Below are positions 8,585-17,742 of a DNA stretch of 55,866 bases, in pieces; position 1 is the first letter of the stretch, and every line of letters starts with the position of its first letter. A model generated the notes under the pieces. The model was given only the letters and a program-made list of their open reading frames with translations. It made no database searches and was not told the origin of the DNA. The DNA comes from a virus. Its lineage: Duplodnaviria; Caudoviricetes. Location: the IMG/VR virus record IMGVR_UViG_3300011438_000013, positions 1-55,866 of that record; one strand, 5' to 3'. Made by a program: the position numbers and the translations under genes.

Positions 8585-9259
8585 TTAAAGAAAATTTCCA
8601 GGATGCACGACTTTCTTGATTTGGCCTGATTCCGACATCATGCCTTTACGCACTTTTGCTGCTCCACCTGCTGCAAACTTTGCACGCTTCATTCCTTCTA
8701 AATCTTTGTGGACAGCCTTATCGCAGCTAATATCTTTCTTAATATCAGCTTTAATCTTTTTTAACAGAGAACCGCCTTTTTTCATCCTTTGACGTTGCAT
8801 AACTTCGGCGTTCCTCTCATCAGGGTGCATAATCGCCCCTCCTTCTTCCATGCAGGAGACACCACCACCTTTTTTATAACAGGCTTTCTTTTCAACTTTG
8901 CCACCCTTCTTCATCTCCTTTTTGGTATCATCCATAACGTGGTCATCGTATTTCATCTCACGCTCATGCTTACGCTTTGAACGCTCCATACGTTCCATAC
9001 GCTCATGGTCTTCGTCCATACGGCCCATTTTACCGCGGGGAAGCATTGAAACGATTGTGACGGATAGGGAACCTTTCTTGCCTTCGGGCTTTACATGGCC
9101 CCCTTTTGCATAGTTACGCATAGGGATAGCGGTTGGCGTACTTGCAGACATAGGGTTTTGACCCATATTACCGCGTGCCATTTGTGCAAGTTCAGGTTCT
9201 ACTAATCCTAACGAGCGATCCGGCCCCCGATTTGAAAAGTTTGTTGCGAAATCATCCAT
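8585..9259 (-). CDS. Lys/Met/Gly-rich protein with repeated xxxGG motifs (probable internal virion protein)
   Basis: YAKGG, MKKGG (twice), YKKGG, MEEGG, FAAGG; adjacent to portal; GGAGA RBS. Confidence 0.7.
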   Translation of the reverse strand: MDDFATNFSNRGPDRSLGLVEPELAQMARGNMGQNPMSASTPTAIPMRNYAKGGHVKPEGKKGSLSVTIVSMLPRGKMGRMDEDHERMERMERSKRKHEREMKYDDHVMDDTKKEMKKGGKVEKKACYKKGGGVSCMEEGGAIMHPDERNAEVMQRQRMKKGGSLLKKIKADIKKDISCDKAVHKDLEGMKRAKFAAGGAAKVRKGMMSESGQIKKVVHPGNFL

Positions 9260-9311
9260 TTTTTTTCTCCGTTACTTTTTTTCTTGTAAGTTTATTTATA
9301 ATTTTCTATAA

Positions 9312-9411
9312 GGAAGATGTCAGTTATAGGTTGAGGAACTTCCTATAGCTGATACGCTTCCCTTTATGGTCGGTTATCGTTTTTAGTTTGTCCTTTAGAC
9401 GATATCCGACC
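9312..9411 (+). ncRNA. Candidate structured RNA (two long hairpins)
   Basis: Stems 9312-9361 and 9368-9411 contain G-U pairs that form only on the plus strand; TTGTAA-17-TATAAG at 9284-9312. Confidence 0.35.
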
Positions 9412-9429
9412 CCAAGGTATGATTAGATT

Positions 9430-11577
9430 TTATTCCATCATAAGCCCCTCCTCCTCGATAGCTTCTTCACCCCCCAATTTCTCGGATTGCTTTTGAAGTT
9501 CGGTTAGAGCTTTAATTTTTGTAATTTTAAGTTCTGTCTCAGCGCGCAATTTAGCAAGCATCTCATCAATCTCACGCTTAGCCTGGTCACTTTCAAACTT
9601 GAGTTGCGCCTTAAATGCTTCAGTTTCCATGCGCATCTCAGCTTCTTTAAACTTAGCGTCAACCTCTTTGTCCTTCACCTTCACATCCTCAAGCATAACC
9701 ATTCCTGGGTCTAATGGAGGTGGTGGCATATCTTCAGGATTGGGCGGAGGTGGAGGAGGCGGTAATATCTTCTCAATGTTATCTACTCCAATCATCTTGA
9801 GCATCTCTTCATGAATCGCCCGCATGTCATAGATTTCAGGGGCAGACTGGGCTATTTCCTTTATGGCATAGACTTTTAATAAACGCTTGGCCGAAGAGGC
9901 AGCCGTAGGATCACCAACAGGTACCAACGAAACTTCATCATTAAAATCTTTAGAGGTCACATAGCTTTCGTCCCCGATCATTTTATATGCGTAAGGGGTA
10001 TCAGGAAGATATTTGGCAAAAAGCTTGCTTAACAATGAAAACTCATTGGTCATCGCCGTAAATATACGGTTCATGATGCTATTGGGTAGTTTGGTGGTTT
10101 CTTCCAATAAAGCCATCACGGTACCCATAGCCATTGTAGAGGGGATTTCATCTAATTTAAATGTGGTCAATGCACCAATCTTCTCGGCTGCCGCCACCAT
10201 CTCGCGCCTTAATTCAATCAATCCCGCATTCGGGCCATTATAGGGAAGCGGCATAAACACATCGCGAATCGGCATGCTTCCAGTATCAACGTCTTTAAAT
10301 TCACCGGGGCCAACCATAATGTCATTGTTTTCAGGCTTCATGCCTTTAGCTTTGAGACCGCCCGGAAAGTTGGCGAACGTTCCGGCGTCGACAAGCTGGC
10401 GTAAGATTGAAGTGGTTACACGGGCGGAACCGCCAATCAAATGGGCCAAGCCTAATCCATAAAACCCAAATCCCTGGATAAATCGATATTCGGTAAAATA
10501 TTCAATCTTTTTAAATTTAGGATCGTCTTTGTCCCAGTTCCTCCTCAATGCTATCATTTTACGTGAGTCTTTAGCGATTGTGACAATGTAAGGAACTGGA
10601 AGCCTCTCAGGAATGGACATTCCGCTATTGTCCAATCCCTTAATATCTAAATCTACGTGGAATTCTAAATTGGTGAAGAGTTTATCTTTATCATGGGCAT
10701 GCCGTGTAATGCCTTCGATGGTAGAAACTTCGGCCTTAATGGGCGATTCGTCATGTTCATCTTCATCGGGATTAATTTTAACATCGAGATAAACCCCCGC
10801 AAGCTGCATCTCACGCATTTCTTTAGCGGTAAGGGTAAACTGATGCGTCATCCTCGTACATGACTTTAAATCGTTCGTATTGGTCTCACTGACTATGAAA
10901 TTCTCAGGTGTGATGTAAAGACTGACGGGACGCAACAGGATAGGGTCTTGATAGGTCTTGGTCACCACCATTCCAACAACATTGAACCACATGAACTGTT
11001 GGTCTTTATTGGGGTAAAATTCCGGGGCAAGTTTGGTGAGATAGAAGTTAACAAACTGTTTAATGCGCTTAGCTTGATCAATTTTAATTTCAGTTTCTTT
11101 GCCGTATATTTGCGTATCGACAGGCCCCGTAGCAGGCAAAAACTCACTACTGACCGTTGCAAGCCACGAGAGGGCTGATGTCAACATGGTTCCGTCATAG
11201 GCCCCACAGGCATCTTTGAAGGGGCGCGTACGTTCTTCGTACTTTAATCCAAGAAATTTCATTCCTTGCTTTAAAGTCTCTTCCCATTCGCTCCGACTTC
11301 CTTTATCGTCTTCGTACGCTTCGAGAAGGTCTTCAGTCAAACGTTGAACTTCGTCTGAGGGCAATTCATCCACCAGGTTGGCTTCAAAAGGCGTGGAGTG
11401 GGGGGCTTTCATTTGAGGTGTGAAATCTATCGTGAGGCCCCCGTCTTCGTTTTCAATATATTGGGCCCCATCTATAATATTGGGTTCGGGTTCTCCCATA
11501 TCAAGACCCATCTCTTGTTGAGGTAATGGTAATACCGGCTCTTGCGGAATAAATCCGGTGGGTAGTCCTTGAGGCAT
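9430..11577 (-). CDS. Portal protein
   Basis: D-x-x-SR-x-x-W...G-x-x-x-LG-x-x-x-EERT-x-PF, GFGFYGLGL-x-HLIGG...LRQL-x-DAGT-x-x-N-x-PGG-x-K, PGEF-x-DVD, PLPY; follows TerL; C-terminal coiled coil. Confidence 0.9.
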   Translation of the reverse strand: MPQGLPTGFIPQEPVLPLPQQEMGLDMGEPEPNIIDGAQYIENEDGGLTIDFTPQMKAPHSTPFEANLVDELPSDEVQRLTEDLLEAYEDDKGSRSEWEETLKQGMKFLGLKYEERTRPFKDACGAYDGTMLTSALSWLATVSSEFLPATGPVDTQIYGKETEIKIDQAKRIKQFVNFYLTKLAPEFYPNKDQQFMWFNVVGMVVTKTYQDPILLRPVSLYITPENFIVSETNTNDLKSCTRMTHQFTLTAKEMREMQLAGVYLDVKINPDEDEHDESPIKAEVSTIEGITRHAHDKDKLFTNLEFHVDLDIKGLDNSGMSIPERLPVPYIVTIAKDSRKMIALRRNWDKDDPKFKKIEYFTEYRFIQGFGFYGLGLAHLIGGSARVTTSILRQLVDAGTFANFPGGLKAKGMKPENNDIMVGPGEFKDVDTGSMPIRDVFMPLPYNGPNAGLIELRREMVAAAEKIGALTTFKLDEIPSTMAMGTVMALLEETTKLPNSIMNRIFTAMTNEFSLLSKLFAKYLPDTPYAYKMIGDESYVTSKDFNDEVSLVPVGDPTAASSAKRLLKVYAIKEIAQSAPEIYDMRAIHEEMLKMIGVDNIEKILPPPPPPPNPEDMPPPPLDPGMVMLEDVKVKDKEVDAKFKEAEMRMETEAFKAQLKFESDQAKREIDEMLAKLRAETELKITKIKALTELQKQSEKLGGEEAIEEEGLMME

Positions 11578-13155
11578 TTAGTAAAACTCCCTGTCAGAGT
11601 CGAATTTAGGTATTGTTATTATTTGTTCATCGTCAGGATGATTTACCCACCCATTGCTTTTTAAATATAATAACACTTGGGTCATAGTATCCACAAGGTC
11701 TCTTGTGTACCCATTCGGAAACATTGCGCATTCTTCCACCAGGATGTCGCCATAAGGGCGCATCTTCTCGAATTGAGGGGGTTGCATCGGTACCCAAACC
11801 CTCCCTCCTTCGATTAAATGGGTCACCAATCTCACGCGTTGGATTTTATCGCCATACTTATCGGGATTAAACGGGGTGACCCAAATCCCCATGCGCCTTA
11901 AATCCTGCACAAGTGAAATACCCGAGACTTTGGATTCAATCAGGATTAAATCAGGGGGTTTGGTTTTGCCCTCTATGGGATTGTCCATATCATTGTCATG
12001 GTAATTCTTGGTGAGACGGGCAGCCATCTTACGCAAGTCGGGATATTCGACATGGTCACGCCACATCCCTAACAATATGACATGGGAGATATAATCTTTA
12101 TCTTTGAATACCCCCCAGGTCGTGCATGCGCTATAGGCATTCTTCTTGTCTGCCGACAAGGCAGTATCCCAGGACTGGATGACAAACTCCAATGGAGGTG
12201 GGCTTTTTTCTTTCCATGGCATAAACCATGTCTTCTTGACCATTCCGCCTTCAGAGGGAGCGGGTCTCTGTTGAAATTGACCGGCAATCGCATATTCCCC
12301 ACCGAGTTCACGCTTTAACTTTTCAAGTTCTGTCTCCCCTATGCGGGCAGGCCATAAAAGATCGCCTTCATTCTCACGTGGGTCTTTCCAGGGAATGCCG
12401 CCCGTGCTTTTGATCGGCACAGTGATTGATATGCGTCCCTTTTCAAACTCCATAGGAAGGCACAGATGAACCATATCTGGATAATTCTTGGATAAGATAT
12501 GACCCGATACATCATTCTGATGTGTCCTTTGTTGCTGCACAATACGGGCAAACGTCTTGGGATTATTAAACCGTGTGGACATGACCTGGTCACGCCACGT
12601 ATTGGTAGTCTCACGCGTAACTTCGGATTCTACATTTTTAACATTGTTAGGGTCGTCTTCGACCTCTATGTCACATCCCTCCCCTGTGTTTGCACCCCCG
12701 ACAGAGGAAGCAATGCGATAGCCCTTTTCCGTATTGTCAAACCTAAGCTTAGTGTTCACGTCACTTGCAAGCTGAAAGACGTTTCCCCATCTTTGTTGAT
12801 ACCACGCAGAATCAATCAAACGCCGGCAGTTGACGCTATCTCTTATGGTGAGGTTCTGGGCATACGTGGTGTATAAGAATTGGAGTTCGGGAGAATTAGC
12901 CCAGCACCATGCAGGGTACATAACGGCCAATAGGGTAGATTTCATGCAGCGTGGGGGGAGATTTATGAGAAGGTTGCGTATTTCTCCGTTATAAACCGCT
13001 TCCAGATGCTCACAGATGGCACCAATATGCCAACTATCTATAAACGGGCGTCCTCCTTCCACTTGAGGCCAAGACTCCCGTGCAAACGTATGGAGATCGC
13101 TTTTTGCCTTACGCCTGAGTAATAGCTCAACCGCAGCATCTTGGGGGGTTAACAA
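11578..13155 (-). CDS. terL: Terminase large subunit
   Basis: Walker A-like INLPPRCMKST, Walker B-like EDDP, QQR-x-H-x-x-D, GQFQQRP-x-P-x-x-GG, nuclease QSWDTA and D-x-VD. TTG start. Confidence 0.93.
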   Translation of the reverse strand: MLTPQDAAVELLLRRKAKSDLHTFARESWPQVEGGRPFIDSWHIGAICEHLEAVYNGEIRNLLINLPPRCMKSTLLAVMYPAWCWANSPELQFLYTTYAQNLTIRDSVNCRRLIDSAWYQQRWGNVFQLASDVNTKLRFDNTEKGYRIASSVGGANTGEGCDIEVEDDPNNVKNVESEVTRETTNTWRDQVMSTRFNNPKTFARIVQQQRTHQNDVSGHILSKNYPDMVHLCLPMEFEKGRISITVPIKSTGGIPWKDPRENEGDLLWPARIGETELEKLKRELGGEYAIAGQFQQRPAPSEGGMVKKTWFMPWKEKSPPPLEFVIQSWDTALSADKKNAYSACTTWGVFKDKDYISHVILLGMWRDHVEYPDLRKMAARLTKNYHDNDMDNPIEGKTKPPDLILIESKVSGISLVQDLRRMGIWVTPFNPDKYGDKIQRVRLVTHLIEGGRVWVPMQPPQFEKMRPYGDILVEECAMFPNGYTRDLVDTMTQVLLYLKSNGWVNHPDDEQIITIPKFDSDREFY

Positions 13156-13236
13156 TGTTTTTTCCTTTTTTTTATTTTTATTCTTGAAAAAACAATTTAA
13201 AGTTGATATTAATATCTAACTTCTACCAAAGAGGTA

Positions 13237-13359
13237 GCTGAGAGGTTTTCCGCCTCCTCGTAAGGGTTAATTCAGCCTCTCAGCGTTCTATTGCGTTTGT
13301 CACATTTTTTCTCTGAAACGATTAACGCCCCCGGTTACTCCTATTGCCGGGGGCATTAA
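13237..13359. ncRNA. Candidate structured element upstream of terL
   Basis: Stem GCTGAGAGGTT/AGCCTCTCAGC (13237-13284) and GC-rich stem GCCCCCGG/CCGGGGGC (13327-13354). Confidence 0.35.
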
Positions 13360-13373
13360 TCATTTAAAATCTA

Positions 13374-13733
13374 TCATTTATATTTTCCTTTGTTATTAAA
13401 TGATTCAATTAATTCGCGGATAGAGTTATTTAAAAAAACATCAGGAATGTAATTAATAGCGGTTAATAAATTATTTAAGGCTTCGTTTTCTTTATTCCCG
13501 CTTTCTTCAGCAAGCTTTTTGATGGTTTCTATTATATATATTTTACGACTTGCTAAGAAGTTTCCGAATAGCGCTAGAACTCTATCTAAATTTTCTTCTA
13601 AAGGAGCCTCCGCAACAAACATTGTAAGTTTCCATAATGCCTCAATGAATTCTTCGGGAGGTTCATAATTGCTCCCGTCTGCATATTTCGTGATCAGGAA
13701 GTTACGGATTTGGTCTTTGCGTAGGTCTGTCAT
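13374..13733 (-). CDS. Hypothetical protein
   Basis: ATGA overlap with the upstream ORF, AGGAG RBS. Confidence 0.6.
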   Translation of the reverse strand: MTDLRKDQIRNFLITKYADGSNYEPPEEFIEALWKLTMFVAEAPLEENLDRVLALFGNFLASRKIYIIETIKKLAEESGNKENEALNNLLTAINYIPDVFLNNSIRELIESFNNKGKYK

Positions 13734-13933
13734 TTAAATCTCCTTTCTTGTAAAAGCTTCTCTAAACTCGCTAAATCACTAATTCCATTAAATCCAAGTT
13801 GATGAGCTTTAATCTTCATTTCTTGGGTATAAATAGGAAAAGCAGTTAATTTCGATTGTCCATTTTTATTCTTACGAAACTCTAGTTCGGTAGTACTCAC
13901 TACATGCTTACCGCGTGGAAACATATAACTCAT
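13730..13933 (-). CDS. Hypothetical protein
   Basis: GGGAGA RBS; coupled to the next gene. Confidence 0.55.
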   Translation of the reverse strand: MSYMFPRGKHVVSTTELEFRKNKNGQSKLTAFPIYTQEMKIKAHQLGFNGISDLASLEKLLQERRFK

Positions 13934-14019
13934 TTATAAAGTCTCCCTATTTTGCCACATCAAAGTTGCTATGCCTGCACAGAACATAAGAAATACAAAT
14001 ACACATATAATAGTTTCAA

Positions 14020-14622
14020 TCATTTATCTTCATCTCCGAAAAATTCCCTTATTTGCTTATCTGTAAAGAAATTTTTCAAGTGGTTCTTTATATCTTCATT
14101 CGAAAATCGGGGTGCCGTAGGATATTTCTCAGCAATAGGTGTATAAGGCTCTACTATCCATTTTTCTTTATCTTTTTTGGTGTCAATTTCTTCCCATTTT
14201 TTAAATATAGTTCGTGCATTTTTAGACCACAGTCCTCGACCTTCGGCATCATAATGATCCCGTGTCAAATCAAAGGCATGCTTTATTAAATGATCATATA
14301 CGCTTACAAAATCCCTAAAATTATCAGGATATTGTTTATAAATTTTTTTAGAATGCTTAATAATAAAGTTATTTAGTAATTGTTCAAATTCAAAATCTAA
14401 CTCTGTTAAGAATTCCCAACTATCGTCTTTTTCTATAATACTGCAATACTCAGTCATTTTCAGTTCCTTACAAAAATTATATCCTGCCTTAAGTTTCAGG
14501 CGTTCTTTTTTTGCTTCTGGTTCATTTGAAAATAATAACCACATCGGAGAAATAGGAATAGGTATTTGTAAGATAGGCTTACAAATACCTATTTTTCTAA
14601 TATTTTTATTTATTCTCTTCAC
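14020..14622 (-). CDS. Hypothetical protein
   Basis: 200-aa ORF overlapping the terS stop; start uncertain. Confidence 0.55.
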   Translation of the reverse strand: MKRINKNIRKIGICKPILQIPIPISPMWLLFSNEPEAKKERLKLKAGYNFCKELKMTEYCSIIEKDDSWEFLTELDFEFEQLLNNFIIKHSKKIYKQYPDNFRDFVSVYDHLIKHAFDLTRDHYDAEGRGLWSKNARTIFKKWEEIDTKKDKEKWIVEPYTPIAEKYPTAPRFSNEDIKNHLKNFFTDKQIREFFGDEDK

Positions 14623-14959
14623 CTTGTAAAAATCCTTCTAACTCTTCCGTAGTTAACTCTTGAGCTTTCTTCTCACGTATGTCGGAGACTTCAAGCGTAT
14701 TGGTGACTTTACCATAAAGCCTATTGAACCATAAGTCTCGATCACTAGCATTCCCTTTCATGGCTTTCTGTGCCGTGGAAATCACAATCCACTCTTCGGT
14801 AGTCCTGGTTTCTGGCTCTCCTTGAGCATTCTTTAAGGTAACTTCTTGCTCGGCAATCTTTTTAAATAATGAAGTCATAGACTTGCCCTTCGGTCTCCCA
14901 TAACCTACGCCTGCTTTATTTCCTGGTTGGAATGGAGTTAAATTGTGCTCATTAGCCAT
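14606..14959 (-). CDS. Probable terminase small subunit (DUF5681-like N-terminus)
   Basis: NLTPFQPGNKAGVGYGRPKG N-terminus, A-x-KG...RLYGK, C-terminal LTTEELE; near terL. Confidence 0.7.
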   Translation of the reverse strand: MANEHNLTPFQPGNKAGVGYGRPKGKSMTSLFKKIAEQEVTLKNAQGEPETRTTEEWIVISTAQKAMKGNASDRDLWFNRLYGKVTNTLEVSDIREKKAQELTTEELEGFLQGEENK

Positions 14960-15188
14960 CTTTTCTCACGCTTTTTTCACGCTTTGATTTGGGTTCATCT
15001 ACAGCCATAAATGTAAGCGGTTGAAAGCCCCACGCCTTCACGTTTACGATCCATTTTGTCTTATCGCAACACATGCATTTGCCTTGTTTCATACGGGGTT
15101 TTTTCTCGACAAGGTCTACCTGTCCAAAGATTTTTAGAAAGCATTCTACGCATATATAGGGGACGAGCTGGCATATGACCTTTCCCAT
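14952..15188 (-). CDS. Small Cys-rich (zinc-binding-like) protein
   Basis: CVEC and CMCC motifs; overlaps the terS start. Confidence 0.55.
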   Translation of the reverse strand: MGKVICQLVPYICVECFLKIFGQVDLVEKKPRMKQGKCMCCDKTKWIVNVKAWGFQPLTFMAVDEPKSKREKSVRKDG

Positions 15189-15366
15189 TTATTATTATTT
15201 TTATTTAGGGTTAGTTCCATTGTGATAATACTGCAAATAAGCCAGGATATGCAATGGGTAAAATGATAGCTGCCATAAGAAGCTTGACGAAGGAATAAAA
15301 AACATGGGAGAGAATATCATCTCAAGAAGCAATTAAAGTGACATATAAATATTAAGGACAATCCAA

Positions 15367-16035
15367 ATGAAAGCTAATGATGATCTCCTTACGCGCGATC
15401 AAGCAGCAAAAATGTTAGGTAAAAATGATAAATATTTAACTAATGAGCAACAGAAAGCTAACAGAATCCCTTATATAAAAAAAGGCAATAAGGTCTTTTA
15501 TAAAAAAGAAGATATTATTAAATTTTCCAACAGGACAGACAATAGGGTAAACCCAATCAAAGAAAATATTGACTCACCTAAAGATGATTTACCCCCTACC
15601 GTTGATCTATCAAGAATGCTCTTTCCTAAAGATCCATTCAAAAATGTTCCCAAGGAAAGAACTATCGTAGTAGAGGGAGGATATCTTAAAGAAGGCACGA
15701 TTAAAATGGATAAGGTGGAGGAAGAACATTTTATCCCCGCAGTAAAGACTTATTCTCTACCCAATCAAGGGATAGAGTCATTCAAAGTTTCTAATAAAAT
15801 ATCCAAAGACAAATTAACTGAGGGCATCCGTCCTCATGTTACGGCCTTACACGTTTCTAACCAAAAAATGAAAGATGAGATTAATGATCTTAAAGCTTTT
15901 ATAAGTGATTTAAGAGAATATATGAAAGCAAATGCCGAAGAAATGACCAACCTGAAACTTATGATTATGGATATGCAGATTGATAATAAAATAGAAAACG
16001 ATAAAGGATGGGTTATACGTCTATGCAAGAATTAG
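15367..16035 (+). CDS. HTH (excisionase/MerR-like) plus coiled-coil protein, paralog 1
   Basis: LLTRDQAAKMLG...IPYIKKGNKVFYKKEDI; C-terminal heptads ending KGWVIRLCKN. Confidence 0.75.
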   Translation: MKANDDLLTRDQAAKMLGKNDKYLTNEQQKANRIPYIKKGNKVFYKKEDIIKFSNRTDNRVNPIKENIDSPKDDLPPTVDLSRMLFPKDPFKNVPKERTIVVEGGYLKEGTIKMDKVEEEHFIPAVKTYSLPNQGIESFKVSNKISKDKLTEGIRPHVTALHVSNQKMKDEINDLKAFISDLREYMKANAEEMTNLKLMIMDMQIDNKIENDKGWVIRLCKN

Positions 16036-16155
16036 AGTTAAAACCTCGAACAATTTATTGCACTGACGCGGAGTGGCAAAAACTCCTAGTGATTGCGCAT
16101 TCGGAAAACCATAGATCAAGAAATCTTGCTATGAGAAATTTAATTAAGGATAAAT

Positions 16156-16848
16156 TTGATGACCAAACAAATTAAACCAGGATACATCACGGCTAAAGAA
16201 GCCTGTATCATATTAGGAAAGAATGCAAAATACCTTTCTAATGACCGTCAGAAATTTCAAAAGCTCCCATGGCTAAAGCACAAAGGGAAAGTTCTTTATA
16301 AAAAGGAAGATGTGTTAGCGCATAAAGAAATGTTGAAGCAGAAGGCGCGAGATAAACCTAAAACGATTAAAGAAATAAAAATATTTATGAAATCTTCTAA
16401 AGGGGATAAAGAGAATCACAACGTAACATTTTTTGGAACAAAAGGTAAGGTTACCAACCTAACTACAGAGTCCTCCACCAATACCCTCTTTAAACCCGTT
16501 AAGAACAAAGCTTCCCATAAACCTAAAGCTCCAAAGTATATTTTTATTAAGAAGAAGGGAACCGTTAAGGAAATAAAGCCAGGAGAGTTTAAACCTCTAC
16601 CTATTGATCTTGATGCTATGCAAGTTACCATCCAAGAGCTTCAAGAAGAAGTTAGGAGACTCAATCAGGAATTGATTAATGTAAGGTCTAGTTATAATAC
16701 ATATCTTAAAGATATCGCCGAGCTAAGGACGCATATAGTAAATAACCGCAAAGAAACAAACGATCACATATATAAGATAGAATTAGCTTTGCAGAATGCA
16801 GGTGTTAAATTGGATAAAAGCTGGTTTAGAGGTTGGTTTGGGCGTTAA
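16156..16848 (+). CDS. HTH plus coiled-coil protein, paralog 2
   Basis: YITAKEACIILG...LPWLKHKGKVLYKKEDV; coiled coil; ends KSWFRGWFGR. Confidence 0.75.
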   Translation: MMTKQIKPGYITAKEACIILGKNAKYLSNDRQKFQKLPWLKHKGKVLYKKEDVLAHKEMLKQKARDKPKTIKEIKIFMKSSKGDKENHNVTFFGTKGKVTNLTTESSTNTLFKPVKNKASHKPKAPKYIFIKKKGTVKEIKPGEFKPLPIDLDAMQVTIQELQEEVRRLNQELINVRSSYNTYLKDIAELRTHIVNNRKETNDHIYKIELALQNAGVKLDKSWFRGWFGR

Positions 16849-17129
16849 TCCTTATAAGGATTGTCTTTCTTAAACTCTTGCACCATTTCATTTAGGATAG
16901 ATAAATTATATTCCATCCATGTAACAATTTCACTGGCCTCATATTTTCCCACGTGTTTTCGTAATTGTAGATTAGATTCTATTAATAACGCATTAGGTAT
17001 GATGGGAAACGTATCTTCTCCGAATTCTTTTTCATATAGCCTAATACACCTCATGAGATAAAACATAAAATGCTCAAAGGTATGTTTAGGGAGATTTACT
17101 TGTTTTAGGTCTTCAAGGGGAGTGGTCAT
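16845..17129 (-). CDS. Small helical hypothetical protein (paralog family)
   Basis: LY-x-K...P-x-I-x-x-AL-x-IES shared with 19222..19506. Confidence 0.6.
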   Translation of the reverse strand: MTTPLEDLKQVNLPKHTFEHFMFYLMRCIRLYEKEFGEDTFPIIPNALLIESNLQLRKHVGKYEASEIVTWMEYNLSILNEMVQEFKKDNPYKD

Positions 17130-17223
17130 CGTCCTATATCCTTCTTAAAATCTATTAACCACACACTAGCTCCCATTATCATAAAGAAGCCGATGGGAAT
17201 ACCAATTAGGGAGAGGATGTCTA

Positions 17224-17742
17224 TCAGAGCCATTGGTGACCACACTCGGGACAAGTCTGTTGCTTCGGTTCCTTGGGTGATTTTTCTTCCTTTGGCTTAA
17301 ACGCATCAAAGACGCAAGGATGTATTCCCCACTCTATCAAGTCCAACACCTCATACTCATTCGCCAAGATGTCCATATCAAATGAACCCATATTGGTATT
17401 GTCGGATATAGAGATGGAATTCATCTCTTCTTGGGTAAGTTCACGGTTAGGCACCAATACATTGATTAATGATTTTAAATCCCATCCTGCCTGTAATAAG
17501 GCTTTCTTCCGTTGATGCCCTCCTAAGATCATATTATGCAGATCAATCAGTATGCGTTGATGATAACCATTCTTCTTAAGAAGGTTAACCAGACGGTCAA
17601 ACCCGTCATCATTAATATGCCGTGGGTTCTTGGGATTGTCCTTTAGCTCCGAAATAGAGCGCACCTCTTCCTTCCATTCGAGTTTTATATCTTTTACTGA
17701 AAGGATTGGCGAATGATCATTGGCTGGTTGTTTTTTTTGCAT
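17224..17742 (-). CDS. ParB N-terminal (ParB/Srx) domain protein with C-terminal zinc ribbon
   Basis: ISELKDNPKNPR...ILGGHQR...SDN...G-x-FD-x-x-x-L and CPECG. Confidence 0.8.
   Translation of the reverse strand: MQKKQPANDHSPILSVKDIKLEWKEEVRSISELKDNPKNPRHINDDGFDRLVNLLKKNGYHQRILIDLHNMILGGHQRKKALLQAGWDLKSLINVLVPNRELTQEEMNSISISDNTNMGSFDMDILANEYEVLDLIEWGIHPCVFDAFKPKEEKSPKEPKQQTCPECGHQWL

Noticed and set aside
9712-9765. Poly-proline tract in the portal as a eukaryotic mimic
   Set aside because: It sits at the linker before the C-terminal coiled coil, where portals of this type often have Pro/Gln-rich linkers.
17224-17742. ParB-domain gene as a ParABS partition system
   Set aside because: It has only the N-terminal domain with no HTH, no ParA was found, and such genes are common near terminase genes.
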